Source: a virus
Lineage: Duplodnaviria; Caudoviricetes
Length of the DNA: 33,719 nucleotides
Direction: 5' to 3' (one strand)
Virus record (IMG/VR): IMGVR_UViG_3300025018_000081
Coordinates: 1-33,719 of that record
Of this stretch, positions 1 to 7,898 are shown piece after piece. The position numbers were made by a program, and so were the translations under genes. Below the pieces are notes generated by a model. The model was given only the letters and a program-made list of their open reading frames with translations. It ran no database searches and was not told where the DNA came from. The stretch's first letter is position 1. The number at the start of each line of letters is the position of its first letter.

Positions 1-105
1 TTATGCTAATTTAAGTTATGCTGATTTAAGAGGTGCTGATTTAAGTAATGCTAATTTAAGTGGTGCTAATTTAAGTTATGCTAATTTAAGTTATGCTGAT
101 TTAAG
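1..105. repeat. Terminal direct repeat, copy 1 (identical to 33615-33719); circular assembly overlap
   Basis: Base-by-base identity of 1-105 with 33615-33719, including the only AGA-GGT (Arg-Gly) variant unit of the tandem array. Confidence 0.9.
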
Positions 106-186
106 TGGTGCTGATTTAAGTTATGCTGATTTAAGTAATGCTAATTTAAGTAATGCTAATTTAAGTGGTGCTGATTTAAGTTATGC
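1..186 (+). repeat. 15-bp tandem repeat GCT(A/G)ATTTAAG(T/A)NNT encoding pentapeptides (left part)
   Basis: Directly visible; 25 units in total across the junction. Confidence 0.95.
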
Positions 187-544
187 TAAATATAATGAGG
201 GAACTGGCTTTTACGCTTTACAATGCCCCGAGAGAGGTTCGTTTATCGCATATAAAACTGCAAATGGCAAAATAGTGGAGTTAAAAGTTACTGAATTTGC
301 TAAAAGAAGTAGTGCAACAACTAGAAAATGTAGATGTAGTGAAGCTGAAGTATTGTCTATAACTTCATTAGACGGAAAAACAAACTATAAAAAAGTAGCA
401 AGTAATCAACATAATGAATTTATATATAAAGTTGGCAAAATAGTTAAAGTAGATAACTTTGATGAAAACAGATGGAACGAATGCTCTACTGGGATACACT
501 TCTTTATAACAAGGGATGAGGCAGTTCAATATGTTAATAATTAA
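2..544 (+). CDS. 3' part of pentapeptide-repeat protein with C-terminal DUF5758-like domain (gene starts at 33349, crosses the junction; ~269 aa joined)
   Basis: Frame 2 reads A(N/D)LS(Y/G/N) repeats, then ...[12 protein letters not shown]...[16 protein letters not shown]...[18 protein letters not shown], in frame with the 275..544 ORF. Confidence 0.88.
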   Translation, partial: YANLSYADLRGADLSNANLSGANLSYANLSYADLSGADLSYADLSNANLSNANLSGADLSYAKYNEGTGFYALQCPERGSFIAYKTANGKIVELKVTEFAKRSSATTRKCRCSEAEVLSITSLDGKTNYKKVASNQHNEFIYKVGKIVKVDNFDENRWNECSTGIHFFITRDEAVQYVNN

Positions 545-983
545 AAAAGGAAACATACTAGAAGCAATGGAAAATTTAATATGTCATCAAGTAAATTGTC
601 AAGGCATAATGGGTGGTGGATTAGCTTTACAAATAGCAAATAAATATCCAATCTGCGAAACTAATTATAAAACCTTTTGTAGTTATGATTTTAATGATTA
701 TGATAAATTAAAAGGAAAACATTGTCTTGTTGAAATTAGTGAAGATAAATACATAGCGAATTGCTTCACCCAAAAACCTAACTTTGATACAGATTATGAA
801 GCACTAAAAGCTTGTTTTTCAAACTTAAAAGACAATATATTAAAAATAAATAATTATAAACCGTCAATCTGCATCCCTTATAAATATGGTTGTGGTATCG
901 CAAATGGTTCGTGGGAACAAGTAGAAAGTATTTTAATAGACATATTTACTGATGTAGATATAGTTATATATAAGTTAGATTAA
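531..983 (+). CDS. Macrodomain protein (Poa1p/DarG-like ADP-ribose-binding/hydrolase fold)
   Basis: KKGNIL...[22 protein letters not shown] and [14 protein letters not shown] motifs; ATG at 531 preferred over 516. Confidence 0.85.
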   Translation: MLIIKKGNILEAMENLICHQVNCQGIMGGGLALQIANKYPICETNYKTFCSYDFNDYDKLKGKHCLVEISEDKYIANCFTQKPNFDTDYEALKACFSNLKDNILKINNYKPSICIPYKYGCGIANGSWEQVESILIDIFTDVDIVIYKLD

Positions 984-1003
984 GAAAGGTTGTGATGAGA
1001 TAA

Positions 1004-1180
1004 ATGAAGTTCCTAGAAAAGATACTAGAAATAGTTAAAACTCTAGTCCACCCTTATATTAGAATAATAAACACCCTAGAACTTGAAATTGATTTTCTAA
1101 ACCACGAACTACGACTAGAGAAATTAAAAAACGGAGCGTTAAAGAAACGCAACAAAAAACTGAAAGACGGTGAAAAATGA
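1004..1180 (+). CDS. Small hypothetical protein (58 aa)
   Basis: AGAAAGGT SD upstream; MKFLEKILEIVK...; ATGA overlap with the next gene. Confidence 0.6.
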   Translation: MKFLEKILEIVKTLVHPYIRIINTLELEIDFLNHELRLEKLKNGALKKRNKKLKDGEK

Positions 1181-1515
1181 GCGGACAAGACCTATACAAC
1201 TCACTCACATTAAAACAAAATCAACTTAACTATTCCATCAAGCAATTAAGCAAAACTGGAATAGCATTTGCAGAAGCTGAAAGGAATTATAAAATAGCAG
1301 TATGTAAAAAAGCACTTGAACTAAAAAGCGAGGGTATGCCTGTAACTTTAATCCAAACAATTATATATGGTTACCCCGATATAGCAACACTAAGATTTAC
1401 AAGAGATAGTGCGGAAGTTATTTACAAGGCGAACCTTGAAAGCATAAACGGATTAAAACTTGAAATTAGAATAACGGGAAACCAACTTGATAAGGAAATA
1501 TCGTCTACTGATTAA
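1177..1515 (+). CDS. Hypothetical helical phage protein
   Basis: 112-aa ORF, translationally coupled by ATGA overlap. Confidence 0.7.
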   Translation: MSGQDLYNSLTLKQNQLNYSIKQLSKTGIAFAEAERNYKIAVCKKALELKSEGMPVTLIQTIIYGYPDIATLRFTRDSAEVIYKANLESINGLKLEIRITGNQLDKEISSTD

Positions 1516-1641
1516 AAGCAATTTAAAGCACATTTAAGACATTTTTATTAAAACACAATAGTTTATATTACAAAGGCACAAATTCTTGCCTTTGGTACTT
1601 AAAAATGAGTTTAAAGGGGGTTTTATACATAAGGAGGAAAT

Positions 1642-1815
1642 ATGTGTAAGACAATAACGGAAAAAATGAATAAAATAAGAAAAGAGATAGCAGAAATAAA
1701 TAGCGTAAAGTTTATGAGTGGAATATCTTATCTTAAATGTGTCGAGCTTAACCAAAAGTTAAGTAGTCTTTCAAACAAATATTGTTTTTTAAAATATATG
1801 CTAGAGAAGAAATAA
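1642..1815 (+). CDS. Small hypothetical protein (57 aa)
   Basis: Perfect AAGGAGG SD at 1631-1637; MCKTITEKMNK... Confidence 0.65.
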   Translation: MCKTITEKMNKIRKEIAEINSVKFMSGISYLKCVELNQKLSSLSNKYCFLKYMLEKK

Positions 1816-1831
1816 CTTTCTTTTCTTTTTT
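1803..1831 (+). terminator. Possible intrinsic terminator
   Basis: AGAGAAGAAA-TAAC-TTTCTTTTCT hairpin followed by a T run; weak, AU-rich stem. Confidence 0.4.
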
Positions 1832-1832
1832 A

Positions 1833-1861
1833 TTGACAAATTATCTTTGGTGATATATAAT
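1833..1861 (+). promoter_or_regulatory. Consensus sigma-A promoter for the replication operon
   Basis: TTGACA (1833-1838), 17-bp spacer, TATAAT (1856-1861); palindrome GTGAT-N5-ATCAC (1850-1864) overlaps the -10. Confidence 0.85.
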
Positions 1862-1884
1862 CACAAATGAAAGGTAGGGAAACT

Positions 1885-2082
1885 ATGTATTTAATGAAAA
1901 AATATGACTTAATGAAAGGGATTAAGCAAAGTTATTCAGCAGAGATTATTGGTTTAGATAGGGCAACGCTTAATAGAATATTAAACAAGAAACAAAAATG
2001 TAGTAAATTGGTTGCTTATTGTATAACAAAGTTCTTAGACGAAAACAAAGAAATAGACGACTTCTTTATTAAAGTAGATTAG
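1885..2082 (+). CDS. Cro/XRE-like HTH DNA-binding protein
   Basis: IKQSYSAEIIGLDRATLNRILNKK helix-turn-helix pattern; first gene after the promoter; GAAAGGTAGG SD favours ATG at 1885. Confidence 0.75.
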   Translation: MYLMKKYDLMKGIKQSYSAEIIGLDRATLNRILNKKQKCSKLVAYCITKFLDENKEIDDFFIKVD

Positions 2083-2093
2083 GAGGAACAACA

Positions 2094-2282
2094 ATGGAAA
2101 CAATTAAAGTTGAGATATTTTATGGGGAGTATAACCAAGAGTTTATATACGATAGTGGACTTGTTTTTTTCTTTGATACCTATAAAGAAGCAATTAACTT
2201 TGTATCATTTGTAGAAAACCATAGCAATTGTAATGCCTTAATAATTCAATCATTTGATTTTGACAAAAAAGCTGGTGAGTAG
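2094..2282 (+). CDS. Hypothetical protein
   Basis: AGGAGG SD, 62-aa ORF. Confidence 0.65.
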   Translation: METIKVEIFYGEYNQEFIYDSGLVFFFDTYKEAINFVSFVENHSNCNALIIQSFDFDKKAGE

Positions 2283-2284
2283 TT

Positions 2285-3061
2285 ATGGCTTTAAGAAATC
2301 AACCTTATTTACCATTATATGTTAAAGATTTTCTAACCGATGAAAAACTAATTGAATGTAGTGCTGAAACAACCGGGGTATATATTAGGCTTATGTGTAT
2401 AATGCACAACGCAGAAAACTATGGTCAATTAAAACTAAGTGATAAATACAACGACAAAGATATAATTAAGAACTATGCTGATATATTATCAAAGCAGATG
2501 CCATATACTTTTGAAATTATTTATCGTTCTTTACAAGAATTATTGAGAGAAAAAGTGATTTTTTTTAAGAAAAAAACACTCACACAAAAGCGAATGTTTG
2601 TTGATGGTTTGTTATCAATAGAGCGTGCAAAGGCTGGTTCAATCGGGGGAAAACATAGCAAGCAAAACGCAAGCAAACATAGCAGCAAAACGCAAGCAAA
2701 CACTGAATATGAATATATAACTATAAATGATAATAATATTATTAGTAATAATAAGATTAAATATAATAAGTATGGTATATATAAAAGAATAGTATTAAGT
2801 ATAGAAGAATATAATAAGTTAGTAGAAGAATATACAAAGGAGTTTATAGATAATCAAATAAACAAACTGGATGAGTATGTAGAAAGTAATAATAATAAAA
2901 ATAAATATTCTAACTGGAACTTAGTATTAAGAAAGTCAATAAGAGAAGATTGGTTTAAAAATAAAAAAAATCCCGATTGGTTTAACAAAGAAATAAAAAA
3001 AGAGGAAATGAGCAACGGCGAATTGGCAGAGATGGAAGAAACGATAAAGGAGTTTAAATGA
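2285..3061 (+). CDS. Phage replication initiator / replisome organiser (DUF1376/YdaU-like N-terminus)
   Basis: N-terminal PYLPLYVKDFLTD...GVYIRLMC..H; low-complexity linker with DNA repeats; C-terminal YKN/..W-type helicase-loader-interacting region. Confidence 0.75.
   Translation: MALRNQPYLPLYVKDFLTDEKLIECSAETTGVYIRLMCIMHNAENYGQLKLSDKYNDKDIIKNYADILSKQMPYTFEIIYRSLQELLREKVIFFKKKTLTQKRMFVDGLLSIERAKAGSIGGKHSKQNASKHSSKTQANTEYEYITINDNNIISNNKIKYNKYGIYKRIVLSIEEYNKLVEEYTKEFIDNQINKLDEYVESNNNKNKYSNWNLVLRKSIREDWFKNKKNPDWFNKEIKKEEMSNGELAEMEETIKEFK
2651..2703 (+). repeat. Iteron-like direct repeats inside the initiator gene (putative origin)
   Basis: AAACATAGCAAGCAAAACGCAAGC (2651-2674) and AAACATAGCAGCAAAACGCAAGC (2675-2697), followed by a very AT-rich tract (~2705-2830). 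Confidence 0.7.
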
Positions 3062-3387
3062 AAAAAGAAATGGAAGAAAACCCTTATTGTGAGATTTGTG
3101 GTCATTGTGGAGAAATTGATTGTTGTGGTATAGAAAACTTTATAGACAAGCATATTAAAGGAAAAACAAATTGCAAAAATGAGGATTGGATTGTTCAAGA
3201 GTTAATTTCTTTATGTGAATATCAGACAGATGTATTTAAACAAAACAAAGAACTACAAGATAGAATTGATAAGGTAATAGAAATATTAAAATACGAATAT
3301 AGCAGTGCAATTTTAGGTAAGTGGGGTTGGGATTTAAGAAATGCAATTTTATCAATCCTAGATAAGAAAAGTGGTGATGAAAAATGA
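3058..3387 (+). CDS. Hypothetical protein with Cys-rich N-terminus
   Basis: CEICGHCGEIDCC motif; ATGA overlaps on both sides. Confidence 0.65.
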   Translation: MKKEMEENPYCEICGHCGEIDCCGIENFIDKHIKGKTNCKNEDWIVQELISLCEYQTDVFKQNKELQDRIDKVIEILKYEYSSAILGKWGWDLRNAILSILDKKSGDEK

Positions 3388-3629
3388 TGAAAACATTAGA
3401 TTTAGTTGCTATAACATTATTTGTATTTATCTTGATAGTAGGCTTTATTGGATTTATGGACGCTATGTTACAGCCAAAGAAAAAACCTAAAGCAAAATAC
3501 ATCAAAAGAATATGTGATATATGCGATAAACCAATATTAAATACCAACAAAGTAGTTAAAATAGGCAAGTCACATTGTCATAAAAAATGCACTAAAATAA
3601 CTATACAAAGTAACAAAAATATGCTATAA
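3384..3629 (+). CDS. Small membrane-anchored protein with putative Zn-binding motif
   Basis: N-terminal hydrophobic helix; CDIC...HKKC. Confidence 0.6.
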   Translation: MMKTLDLVAITLFVFILIVGFIGFMDAMLQPKKKPKAKYIKRICDICDKPILNTNKVVKIGKSHCHKKCTKITIQSNKNML

Positions 3630-3630
3630 T
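3622..3630 (+). promoter_or_regulatory. Extended -10 promoter upstream of the SSAP/SSB genes
   Basis: TGcTATAAT just upstream of the AGGAG SD of the 3654 gene. Confidence 0.5.
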
Positions 3631-3653
3631 AAAAAGTAGATAGGAGAGAGATT

Positions 3654-4184
3654 ATGAAGTATGAAGATTTAGAGAAAATCAACCAAGAGATAAACAAAAA
3701 AGGCATTGATGTTAAGGGCAAACAATATGTCCAAGTAAACGATAGAGTTATAGGATTTAGGAAACTATACCCCGAGGGAACGATTGAAACCGAGACACTA
3801 AACTTGAATGATGGCGTAGTAGTGGTTAAAACAAAAGTTAGTAATAATGGATTGTTATTGGCTACTGGACTTGCTTATGAAAGAGAGAACAGCACATTTA
3901 TAAATAAAACATCTTATATTGAAAACGCCGAAACAAGTGCTGTTGGTAGAGCTTTGGGTATGTTGGGCATAGGAATAGACACAGCATTATGTAGTGCTGA
4001 TGAAGTTGTAAACGCTATAAATAACCAACACAAAAACGAATTGGTAGAAAAGTTTAAAAGATTATTAGTAGAAACTGATACTGATTGGGAACTTGTTAAA
4101 GAAACATTTAAAGTAAATGATTGGTTTGATATGACTGAAACTCAGTTAGAACAATCAATTAAGAAAATGGAGAGTAAGAAATGA
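3654..4184 (+). CDS. Single-strand annealing protein (Sak/Rad52-like family)
   Basis: KGKQYVQVNDRV..FR..YP...INKTSYIENAETSAVGRAL...GIG motifs; adjacent to SSB. Confidence 0.75.
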   Translation: MKYEDLEKINQEINKKGIDVKGKQYVQVNDRVIGFRKLYPEGTIETETLNLNDGVVVVKTKVSNNGLLLATGLAYERENSTFINKTSYIENAETSAVGRALGMLGIGIDTALCSADEVVNAINNQHKNELVEKFKRLLVETDTDWELVKETFKVNDWFDMTETQLEQSIKKMESKK

Positions 4185-4513
4185 AATTATTTATAAAAAA
4201 ATCTCAGTATGGTTATTCAACCAAATTAAAAAACGAATATAATGGGGAAGTCAGTGAAATGTGGTTAAATGTAAACTTTAAAAAAGGTGATGAACCTGAG
4301 GGTGATTGCCAAATAGAAATAAACGATATGTTCCTATCTTGTTATAAGTCTAAAGAAGAAGTAAAACCTAAATTGATAGTAACCAATTATAAAGTGTTAG
4401 GCGAACAAGATAAACCAGTTGAAGAAGCATCACAAGCAGAACCAAAAAAGGACTATTTTGCCGAGTTTGGCAAAGAACACGAGGACGATTTTGAAGATTC
4501 CTTGCCATTTTAG
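4181..4513 (+). CDS. ssb: Single-stranded DNA-binding protein (short OB-fold type)
   Basis: Acidic tail ending EDDFEDSLPF; follows the SSAP gene. Confidence 0.7.
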   Translation: MKLFIKKSQYGYSTKLKNEYNGEVSEMWLNVNFKKGDEPEGDCQIEINDMFLSCYKSKEEVKPKLIVTNYKVLGEQDKPVEEASQAEPKKDYFAEFGKEHEDDFEDSLPF

Positions 4514-4524
4514 AGGAGATTACT

Positions 4525-4830
4525 ATGAAAAAAGTATATATATGTAGCCCGTTAAAAGGCGACATTGAAAACAACATAATCAAAGCAAGGGGTTATTGTA
4601 GAGATGTATTATTCAACTATGGCTGTCTACCAATAGCACCTCACATCTATTTCACGCAGTTTTTAGACGATACAAACGAAATCGAACGATTGATTGGTAT
4701 GAAAGCAGGAATGGAATTATTGCCCATGTGTGACGAAATATGGGTATATGGAACGCCAAGTGAGGGAATGAAAGCAGAGATTGATTGGTGGAAGAATAAC
4801 AAAGATACAGCAGTTATTTATAAGGAGTGA
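4525..4830 (+). CDS. DUF4406/DUF7768-type protein (nucleoside 2-deoxyribosyltransferase-like fold)
   Basis: VYICSPLKGD...PIAPHIYFTQFLDD...CDEIWVYG..SEGM..EI. Confidence 0.75.
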   Translation: MKKVYICSPLKGDIENNIIKARGYCRDVLFNYGCLPIAPHIYFTQFLDDTNEIERLIGMKAGMELLPMCDEIWVYGTPSEGMKAEIDWWKNNKDTAVIYKE

Positions 4831-4834
4831 TATT

Positions 4835-5194
4835 ATTAAACCGATTTGGGAAGATTATAACAAATGGGAAGATTATAAAAATGGAATGTATGGAAGTAGA
4901 TTTTCTAAAGCAAAGATTAATCAATGTTATAAAATGCTAACGGGATTAAACCTAAAAAAAGATATGGAAGAAACAACTAAAGAATATATTATATCAACAA
5001 GAGTAAGTCTAACAAACAAAATGTTTAATCCTGTAAGTTGGCTTGGACAAGCCACTTGTAATTTACATTTAGGAGCAACAGCTAGAGAAGTTGTTAATGC
5101 TTGGCTATCAATGACAAAAGAACAACAAAATAGGGCTAATAGAATAGCTAAAGAAGTTATAGATGATTGGAGAAAAGAGCATGAAAATTTATAA
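4835..5194 (+). CDS. Conserved partner protein of IbrA/IbrB-like modules (probable ATT start)
   Basis: WEDYKNGMY and SWLGQATC...AW..MT.EQQ.RAN..A motifs; AAGGAG 7 nt before in-frame ATT at 4835. Confidence 0.65.
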   Translation: MKPIWEDYNKWEDYKNGMYGSRFSKAKINQCYKMLTGLNLKKDMEETTKEYIISTRVSLTNKMFNPVSWLGQATCNLHLGATAREVVNAWLSMTKEQQNRANRIAKEVIDDWRKEHENL

Positions 5195-6464
5195 AGATAA
5201 AAATGTTTTTGACGCAAGTTTAGAAAGAATAGAATTTGCTTTTAACAATTTTGACAATTTATGTGTTTCATTTAGCGGTGGAAAAGATAGCACTCTAATG
5301 ATACAACTTGTTGAAATGGTGGCCAAAAGATCAAACAAACAATATGATGTTTTGTTTATAGATATGGAAGCCCAGTATATAATGACAATAGATCACATTG
5401 AATTATTAAAAAACACATTAGAACATATAAGAACTTTTTATTGGGTTAGTTTGCCATTATCTTTGAGAAATGCAGTTTCAGTATTTGAACCAAGGTGGAT
5501 TTGTTGGGAAAAGGAAAAAGAAGATAAATGGATTAGACCGCTTCCGGAATGCTCGATAAATGAAAGCAATAACATATTTGGGTTTTTCAGATACGCTATG
5601 GAGTTTGAGGAATTTGTTCCAGAATTTCAAAGGTGGTATCAAAAAGAAAAGGGCGGAAAATGTGCTTCATTTGTTGGAATTAGGTGTGACGAAAGCTTAA
5701 ATCGTTTTAGAACCATTGTGTCAACCAAAAAAGAAACATTAAATGGATTTGGCTGGACAACGAGAAATAAACCATTAAAAGATAGCTATAGTATATTTCC
5801 GATTTATGATTATAGAACCGAAGATGTTTGGACGGCAATGTTTAAAAATAATTTTGAATACAACTATGTGTATGAATTAATGTTTAAAAATGGTTTATCA
5901 ATACACGAACAAAGACTATGCCAACCTTTTGGAGACGATCAAAAAAACGGGTTAGACCAATATAAGGCAATAGAAAGCGATAATTGGGAAAGATTATTAA
6001 AACGAGTTGCGGGTGTAAACTTTGGCAATATTTATTGCAGAACTTCAGCTCTTGGAAATATAAGAAGTGAAAAACCAAAACATCTAACTTGGCAAGAATG
6101 GTCTTTGTTTTTGTTGGAAAGCATTGGTATATATAATCCTAATTTGGAAAAACATTACGCAGGTAAAATAAGAAAGTTTATAAAATATTGGGAAGAAAAA
6201 TGCGGTTGCCCATTAGAAAAAATAGAAGACGAAAGTGATAAAAAATTGGAAAGTTTAAAAATTGTTCCCAGTTGGAGAAGAATAGCAAGAGCTTTAGAAA
6301 GAAATGATTTTTTCCTAACAAGATTAAGCTTTGGAGAAAATAAAAGCGATTTAGAATATTTAAAAGAAATGGTAATGGGATGTGAAAATCTTTACGATGA
6401 AAACTCAACCGACAGCAAACCGCTAAAAAGATTATATAATAAGATTAAAGAGGAGATAGAGTAG
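5181..6464 (+). CDS. PAPS-reductase-family PP-loop protein with DUF3440-like C-terminus (IbrA-like)
   Basis: VSFSGGKDS PP-loop, GIRCDESLNRFR, FPIYDY..EDVW, QRLCQPFGDDQ; start MKIYKDKNVFDASLERI at 5181. Confidence 0.88.
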   Translation: MKIYKDKNVFDASLERIEFAFNNFDNLCVSFSGGKDSTLMIQLVEMVAKRSNKQYDVLFIDMEAQYIMTIDHIELLKNTLEHIRTFYWVSLPLSLRNAVSVFEPRWICWEKEKEDKWIRPLPECSINESNNIFGFFRYAMEFEEFVPEFQRWYQKEKGGKCASFVGIRCDESLNRFRTIVSTKKETLNGFGWTTRNKPLKDSYSIFPIYDYRTEDVWTAMFKNNFEYNYVYELMFKNGLSIHEQRLCQPFGDDQKNGLDQYKAIESDNWERLLKRVAGVNFGNIYCRTSALGNIRSEKPKHLTWQEWSLFLLESIGIYNPNLEKHYAGKIRKFIKYWEEKCGCPLEKIEDESDKKLESLKIVPSWRRIARALERNDFFLTRLSFGENKSDLEYLKEMVMGCENLYDENSTDSKPLKRLYNKIKEEIE

Positions 6465-6465
6465 T

Positions 6466-6978
6466 ATGAAAGAAAACATTGAAATAAAGATGCCAATATT
6501 GGTTAAGTTGGAATATTTAAAACCCAATCCGTGGAACCCAAATAAGGTGGCAAGACCAGAAATGGAGTTGTTAAAAACCTCCATTAGAAAAAGTGGATTT
6601 TGTTTTCCATTAGTAGTTATGAAAGAAAGCGACACAAGTTATATGATTGTTGATGGATTTCATAGACACCTTATAGCCAAAGAGTTCGAAATGGAATATA
6701 TCCCTGTTGTTGTGCTAGATGAAAATCTTGACGAATATATGAATGCCACAATAAGATTTAACAGAGCAAAAGGAACACATCAAATAATAGATATGAGTAA
6801 GTTGGTTTTAGAACTTGTTAGACTTGGAAAAACGGACGAAGAAATATCTAAAAATCTTGGAATGGATAGTGATGAGGTGTTAAGACTAAAACAAATAAGT
6901 GGATTAAAAGAAGCATTTTTAAATAGAGAATTTAGTAAATCTTGGGAAGAATACAATTTTAAATGTAATAAGGAGTAA
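6466..6978 (+). CDS. ParB/Srx-like domain protein (IbrB-like)
   Basis: LKPNPWNPN.VA..EMELL..SI...G...IVDGFHRH...TIRFNRAKGTH; C-terminal HTH EISKNLGMDSDEVLRL. Confidence 0.88.
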   Translation: MKENIEIKMPILVKLEYLKPNPWNPNKVARPEMELLKTSIRKSGFCFPLVVMKESDTSYMIVDGFHRHLIAKEFEMEYIPVVVLDENLDEYMNATIRFNRAKGTHQIIDMSKLVLELVRLGKTDEEISKNLGMDSDEVLRLKQISGLKEAFLNREFSKSWEEYNFKCNKE

Positions 6979-6980
6979 AT

Positions 6981-7130
6981 ATGACAAATGAAGCATTAGA
7001 AGAACTAACAATGTTATATCTAAAAGAAAAGTTCAAAGGCGAGGGTGGCTATGCTAAAATCACCAAACTAAAGATGTTTAGATTGTTTATGGGCTTGTTG
7101 AGGTTTGTTAGGGAAAATGAAAAGATTTAG
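6981..7130 (+). CDS. Small hypothetical protein (49 aa)
   Basis: AAGGAG SD; MTNEALEELTMLYLK... Confidence 0.55.
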   Translation: MTNEALEELTMLYLKEKFKGEGGYAKITKLKMFRLFMGLLRFVRENEKI

Positions 7131-7395
7131 TATACTAACTGATGATATGAAACATTGTATAGAATGCGGTAGACTATACCCACAACTCCATGAAATATAC
7201 TTTGGAGCAAGGCGTAACAAGTCAATAGAATATGGCTTGGTGATACCTTTATGTATCTTTCATCATACCGAACATAAGACGGGAATACATCACAATCACG
7301 AACTAGATATGAAATGGAAAATTAAAGGACAAGAAGCGTTTGAAAAGGAATACAACGAGGAGTTTATAAAGATATTTTATAGAAATTATAAGTAA
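7117..7395 (+). CDS. Zn-binding HNH-like protein (Ref/DUF968-like)
   Basis: CIECG...HEIYFG..R.KSI.YGLVIPLCIFHH...GIH. Confidence 0.7.
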   Translation: MKRFSILTDDMKHCIECGRLYPQLHEIYFGARRNKSIEYGLVIPLCIFHHTEHKTGIHHNHELDMKWKIKGQEAFEKEYNEEFIKIFYRNYK

Positions 7396-7482
7396 AAAAC
7401 CACTCATTTCATACTATCTCTTTTCTAAAAACCTTTTATATAAATTGAACACGAGTTTTAGTGGCTGTTGGTGTTCTATATA

Positions 7483-7586
7483 TGAGTAGTGGCGGAATAG
7501 GTAGACGCAGGTTACTATAAAAGTTGCTAGCTGAAAGCGGAATTGAAACAATAGTTATTGCCAATTCATACAAGGTGTAAATCCTT
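7483..7586 (+). ncRNA. tRNA-like element (Leu/Tyr-type D arm, T arm, acceptor stem) with a non-canonical expanded central region
   Basis: TGAGTAG/CTACTCA acceptor, TG linker, GCG-GAATAGGTAGA-CGC D arm, ACAAGG-TGTAAAT-CCTTGT T arm; ~60 nt between D and T arms; no encoded CCA. Confidence 0.7.
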
Positions 7587-7687
7587 GTCTACTCACTTTA
7601 AAAATTAAGACTAGAAATAGACACGATGACACCAAACGAATTAGCAAACTTAAAGAGTAAATGGGGACAAAGTAAAGGAGAGTAATA

Positions 7688-7885
7688 ATGGGAATAACAA
7701 TTAGAGATAATAATTTTTATAACGAATATTATGATAAATTAAAATACCCTACAAGAAGAATTGGAAAACCGTTATTAGCGAATACAAATTATAAAATTAG
7801 AATAGAACTTGTTTTTAAAGAAAGACACTTAATATTTTACGCAGGAACGATTAACAAAAGAAATATAGAATTATTTGAAAGATAA
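7688..7885 (+). CDS. Hypothetical protein
   Basis: AAAGGAG SD, 65 aa. Confidence 0.6.
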   Translation: MGITIRDNNFYNEYYDKLKYPTRRIGKPLLANTNYKIRIELVFKERHLIFYAGTINKRNIELFER

Positions 7886-7898
7886 AGGAGAATAGAAT

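Noticed and set aside
1-186. CRISPR-like array at the window ends
   Set aside because: Contiguous 15-bp units with no unique spacers; they encode in-frame pentapeptide repeats
6466-6978. Plasmid-prophage partition system
   Set aside because: No ParA/ParM; the ParB-like gene is the IbrB-type partner of the PP-loop protein
7509-7535. tRNA-like element as an amber suppressor for the 20757 TAG
   Set aside because: The CTA triplets present are not preceded by U33 or centred in a 7-nt loop on a paired stem
7609-7622. CTA-GAAA-TAG mini-hairpins as boxB-like antitermination sites
   Set aside because: Stems are only 3-4 bp and similar strings occur inside coding regions (e.g. ~1024, ~9987) of this AT-rich genome; not distinguishable from chance
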